The translations under genes and the position numbers were made by a program. 64,000 nucleotides of DNA from Rhodosorus marinus CCMP1338 (lineage: Eukaryota > Plantae > Rhodophyta), in the NCBI GenBank assembly GCA_029953675.1, contig JAMWBK010000006.1:1-64000 (forward strand), given 5' to 3'. This document shows positions 60,196-64,000 of this stretch, in pieces. Position 1 is the stretch's first letter, and each line of letters opens with the position of its first letter. The notes under the pieces are model-generated. The model saw only the letters and a list, made by a program, of their open reading frames with translations, had not been told where the DNA came from and ran no database searches.

Positions 60196-61357
60196 GGTCT
60201 GTAGCGGAGGTCTTGAAATCTTGTCTTTAAGAGGCATGGTTCTCCAAAGCTTGCAGCCAGTGAGGTAGTGTTCCTATCCTGTGTTGGTGTTAGCTCTCCA
60301 TGATGTTGTGCACCATGATCCGGGGTTCAATCGGGATAGCCAATGGCGCAGTCGGGGCCTGACCTCCATCTCCGACGGACGTAGCCGGTCTCGCAATCCA
60401 CGCTGTTCCGTAGAGCAGATATTAGATCCAACTAGGCATTGATACACTTAAGTTAAATGAGTTCAGTACTTGGCTGACAAGATGTGTTGACTGAGTTCTC
60501 GCGATGGCTAAAATAACGCAGTCGAAGACTACCTGACGCTTAAATGTGGGCGCATTTACAACAGGACCAGAACACATCACGGCGAGCGGTCGTGATGGGT
60601 GGGAGAACTGTGAGCCTTTGTCTTTTCCAGATAGAAAAACTAACGCCAGTTGGGTGCTCCGCTCCGTACTCCAACGTACTCCAATTGTGCTCTGAATTTA
60701 CGCTGCTTCTTGTTCTAAGCGTTCCATGCAACAAATTCTATAGTCAGACTCTCCTAGACCACGCAGTAGAGCACACAGGAGGAAAAGCTTGCCTCTCCCC
60801 CCGGAAGCCCAGAAACCCCTGAGGACGGTGCTTCCAGCGCATGCTCCTATCTAGCGAACGCACGAGAAGGCCACCAAGCTTTTTGTGTATGTGGAAAATG
60901 CTTACGGTCTTGTCTTCCACAGAAAGAAAGACCAAGCAGTAAAATGTGTACATCGCTCAATCCCGAAGATCTAGAAGATCCACTCAGCAATGACCTGCGA
61001 TCTTTTGTATATACTGACAGCTCCGGGAACGTTTTGCGCATCAGTAGTTCACGAAATTTGCAAAAGCAACATCATGAAGTACAAGCCTTCATGATGTTGG
61101 TCTGCCAAACGCTGTCAACCGCTGAAGGAAATCCCTCGAAAGCGCTGCGAATTTCAATCAGCAGGTTTCTAACGAGCGAGTTCACGAAATGTGGGCGTGC
61201 TGTGTGAAGTGCCAGACGATGATAGCATTGGTGGATTAGGCAAGAGCGAGCGTGAAAGTGGTCAGCGCCAAATCAACGGACGAAAAGCGGCTGAAAAAAT
61301 TGAAAGGGGGAGCAGCAGATTTTGACAGCTTGCGTTGGACCGCTTCAAAAAGTTGAG

Positions 61358-61909
61358 ATGTCGAGGATAAGTTGGGAGTTTGAGCGGCAGGAGATTGATG
61401 AGAGCGATTCGGAAGCAGAAGCTCTGGACTTGGGTGGAGCTGAGAACGATGAACTGTATGATCCGGACGCAGATAATAACGAAGAAACTTGGGTGAGGGA
61501 GAACTTGCTTCAAACGGAGAAGGATAGGCGTAATGGTCAGGAACAGAAAAACGAGGATGGGGAGGATGGCACGGGAGGAACCCCCAAGCCGTCCATGGAC
61601 CTCGGAGATAGAGAATTCCAGTTGTGCTGTCCCTGTTGCTTCACTCTACTTTGCCTTCAATGTCAGCAACACGTCAAATACAAAAGCCAGTTCCGGGCAA
61701 TATTCGTGATGAACTGCACTGTCAAGAAGAGTGGATCACTAAGGGTCAGGGTTCACGCAGAAGAGTCGGGCGGTAAAACGACAAGTAACCACCCAGGAAC
61801 ACAAAAACCTACCGAGAAGTACTATCCCGTTGCCTGCAACACATGTGGGACAGATGTTGGAGTTCTGGATCAGGATGAGGTCTATCATTTCTGTAATGTA
61901 ATGTACTGA
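61358..61909 (+). CDS. EAPP: E2F-associated phosphoprotein-like
   Basis: DELYDPDADNNEETWV, LCCPCCFTLLCLQCQQH...QFRAIFVMNC, YYPVACNTCGTDVGVLDQDEVYHFCNV. Confidence 0.9.
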   Translation: MSRISWEFERQEIDESDSEAEALDLGGAENDELYDPDADNNEETWVRENLLQTEKDRRNGQEQKNEDGEDGTGGTPKPSMDLGDREFQLCCPCCFTLLCLQCQQHVKYKSQFRAIFVMNCTVKKSGSLRVRVHAEESGGKTTSNHPGTQKPTEKYYPVACNTCGTDVGVLDQDEVYHFCNVMY

Positions 61910-62181
61910 CAATCGAGCTCCCTCTATGCCCCTATCGGCCTCAACCTTCAACGAGCTTCAGAGCTGCAGCTGGCAATGGCAAGAATTATCGTTCTCGGAC
62001 TCCCGGAACGAAATCGTTTTGTGCTTAATGAACTTCCTCCGAGGACCGTTCTTCTGTTTACGATAGTCTGTTGATGATTGTGCGGTTTATGATTGTTCGG
62101 TTTATGATAATCGATCGGTGTATGTACAAATTTAATAAACTAAGGTAAAAATATTTCTGCTCAAAAGGGGGCCGAAACCGC

Positions 62182-64000
62182 TCAGGGGGAGGCTGGGCCA
62201 AGAACTCCCCGCAGGAATGCAATTTCCGCGCTAACTGTGTTGCTGACCTGCAACACAGCCACGAGCAACCACAAGATGAGGAGGAAAGACAGGATCAGGA
62301 TCACATTCATAGCCAGGCTACTAGCATCGTGGACCTCTTCAATTTCTTCATCCTCCACAAGCTTTTGCAATGTTGGTTTGGTTCTCTTCGTCGATTGGGG
62401 CCGTTTACCACGAGAAGCCACTCTGCTCTTTGCGTTGGAGGTAACCTTAGAGGGTTTCGGCTTTGCAACAAATGCCGCGCACATAGCCTGCGCAATCTTC
62501 AGCAGCTTCGCGTAAGAAACAGTAACGTCCGCAACAGCACCCTTCTCGATCCTGTTCTTGAACATACTTTTTCCCAGCCAATAGACGGCAACAGAAGCGC
62601 GAACTTCAGTTGCATCTGTCCCCTTCGGAGAAAATTCCCAGAAGCTCTGAACCCGGAAGGATGCACCGGTAGGTACATCTGGGTTATAGAGCTCAACCTC
62701 GTAGAGGTATCCACCACCGCTCGAGAAGCTCAAATAATGAGTCTCGTAGCATTGCACGACTTTGTTCACCATAGCAATGCTAAGAGGCTTCTTATAGGTC
62801 AATTCCCTGGTTCGATGCCCATCCTTGTACTCCCATGGTTTCATGATTGACTCATGCTCTCCGGCGATCTGAAAATAGCGGTGGTAGAGTTCTTCCGCCC
62901 CTTTACCATAGAAGAGTGCTGTCAGCACAGCTTTGGGATGGCATGGCATGACATCTCGAGCCACCTCCTGTCGTTCTCGATAAGTCTGCAGCTTCGGCTT
63001 GTCGAACAAGTCCAAGCCATCAACCGCCCACTGCAGTTTCTCCGCTGGTGGTTCAGACGTATCATCCACGGTCGTCCCCTGAACTGCATTCGTCTCCCCA
63101 CCCTGGGAGTCTTCCGCGGAGTTTGGTTCGGCTGCTCCTGGGGGGTTGCTAGCAGCAACGTCTGATGGCACTTGCTGGGAAACCTCCGAGTCGCTTACAT
63201 CTGACCGTGGGAACGACTGGGTCGTTGGCTGCGGAGCCAGGGCCAACCTCCGCTGGTTCTTCTCGGCAACCTGCTTTCGCGCTCCTTCAGTGTAAAACTC
63301 CAAGAGCTTTGCATACGTTGTTGGTGTGTCGTTTAGAGTCCCGCTCTCGATTCTATTCCGCAGCAGGTTTCGTGTCAGGAAGTTGATAGCTACGTAAGCA
63401 GTACAAATCGTATACTCAGCGCCATCATGGTGGAACTCAAAGAAGTTCTCAACTCTAAAAGAGTCGCCCAGAGGAACGTCCCGATTGTGAAGCTCCGACT
63501 CGAGCCGAAATCCATCGCTCGTGAATGTTAGAAACGACTTTTCCTCCACTCTCGTCTGTTTCGGACCTATTGAGTACTGCAGCTTCTTCGTAAACGAACC
63601 CCTCCGCTCACGATGCCCCTCGACAGTCAACCAATCCGTGATTTTTACGTCCCAGTCACCCATCTTCGCCTCGTGGAATTCCCTGTATGCGTTCGCACCG
63701 TCAGTATATATGTAAGCGAACAAGTCCCTTGCATTGATGTGCAAACGCATTTGAAGCACTTGCTTTCGATTCGCGTATGCTTTTCCGTGCTTATAGTCGA
63801 TGACATCCCCCTTTTGTATCCACATATAATCCTCTTCCCCCGCTACGGCGGAATCGATTTGGTCGGCGTCTTCTTCACTAGAATCCGCACGATCCTTTGC
63901 TTCAAGGTACTGAGTATCACTAAGCTCAGAACCGGGTTCAGCCTCACCAGTGGGTGTCAACGCCGTCCCATCCACCGCAACCAGCGTTTGCTCCAGGGTC
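62182..64000 (-). CDS. Membrane-anchored sterol/lipid transfer protein with two VASt domains (5' end may lie outside the window)
   Basis: Two repeats of ..W....R.L.Y.K.L......DVP.G.SFRV...F/W......V...F/W..K.I. C-terminal TM NVILILSFLLILWLLVAVL. Confidence 0.88.
   Translation of the reverse strand, partial: TLEQTLVAVDGTALTPTGEAEPGSELSDTQYLEAKDRADSSEEDADQIDSAVAGEEDYMWIQKGDVIDYKHGKAYANRKQVLQMRLHINARDLFAYIYTDGANAYREFHEAKMGDWDVKITDWLTVEGHRERRGSFTKKLQYSIGPKQTRVEEKSFLTFTSDGFRLESELHNRDVPLGDSFRVENFFEFHHDGAEYTICTAYVAINFLTRNLLRNRIESGTLNDTPTTYAKLLEFYTEGARKQVAEKNQRRLALAPQPTTQSFPRSDVSDSEVSQQVPSDVAASNPPGAAEPNSAEDSQGGETNAVQGTTVDDTSEPPAEKLQWAVDGLDLFDKPKLQTYRERQEVARDVMPCHPKAVLTALFYGKGAEELYHRYFQIAGEHESIMKPWEYKDGHRTRELTYKKPLSIAMVNKVVQCYETHYLSFSSGGGYLYEVELYNPDVPTGASFRVQSFWEFSPKGTDATEVRASVAVYWLGKSMFKNRIEKGAVADVTVSYAKLLKIAQAMCAAFVAKPKPSKVTSNAKSRVASRGKRPQSTKRTKPTLQKLVEDEEIEEVHDASSLAMNVILILSFLLILWLLVAVLQVSNTVSAEIAFLRGVLGPASP

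Noticed and set aside
60544-61207. Small gene between PEX22 and EAPP
   Set aside because: Short ORFs with no recognisable motif or consistent splice model.

Overview
Eukaryotic subtelomeric region, probably a red alga (short GT-AG introns; plastid-type GUF1 with an 'MELGFV' transit-peptide start; taxon is inference). The left ~28 kb is a nest of CRE-clade-like (RT + CCHC + restriction-like endonuclease) non-LTR retrotransposons built around a 16-bp telomere-like repeat, GGGGTTACGTTAGTCT. This repeat forms a ~23.5-unit array at 9847-10223. Family A (IHDD catalytic motif) repeatedly ends at the same phase of the repeat, with its 3' end joined to GGTTACG. One family A copy (10224-15066) looks full length, with two ORFs and an ATGA stop/start overlap, and all four of its frameshifts lie in homopolymers. 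Family B (YHDD) copies are degenerate. Short telomere seeds mark most junctions between fragments. A 7.6-kb direct segmental duplication (15091-22770 vs 31291-38893) carries MED12, pseudogenised distally and apparently intact proximally. It also provides an empty/filled-site pair showing 93 bp of element 3' ends plus one telomere unit inserted at a telomere-like site. The right half is ordinary gene-dense chromosome: germin-like cupin, MED12, GUF1, MFS transporter, RAMA-domain protein, sacsin-like GHKL ATPase, tandem RbcX-like protein, PEX22, EAPP and a VASt protein. All calls are by-eye motif recognition; no searches were run.
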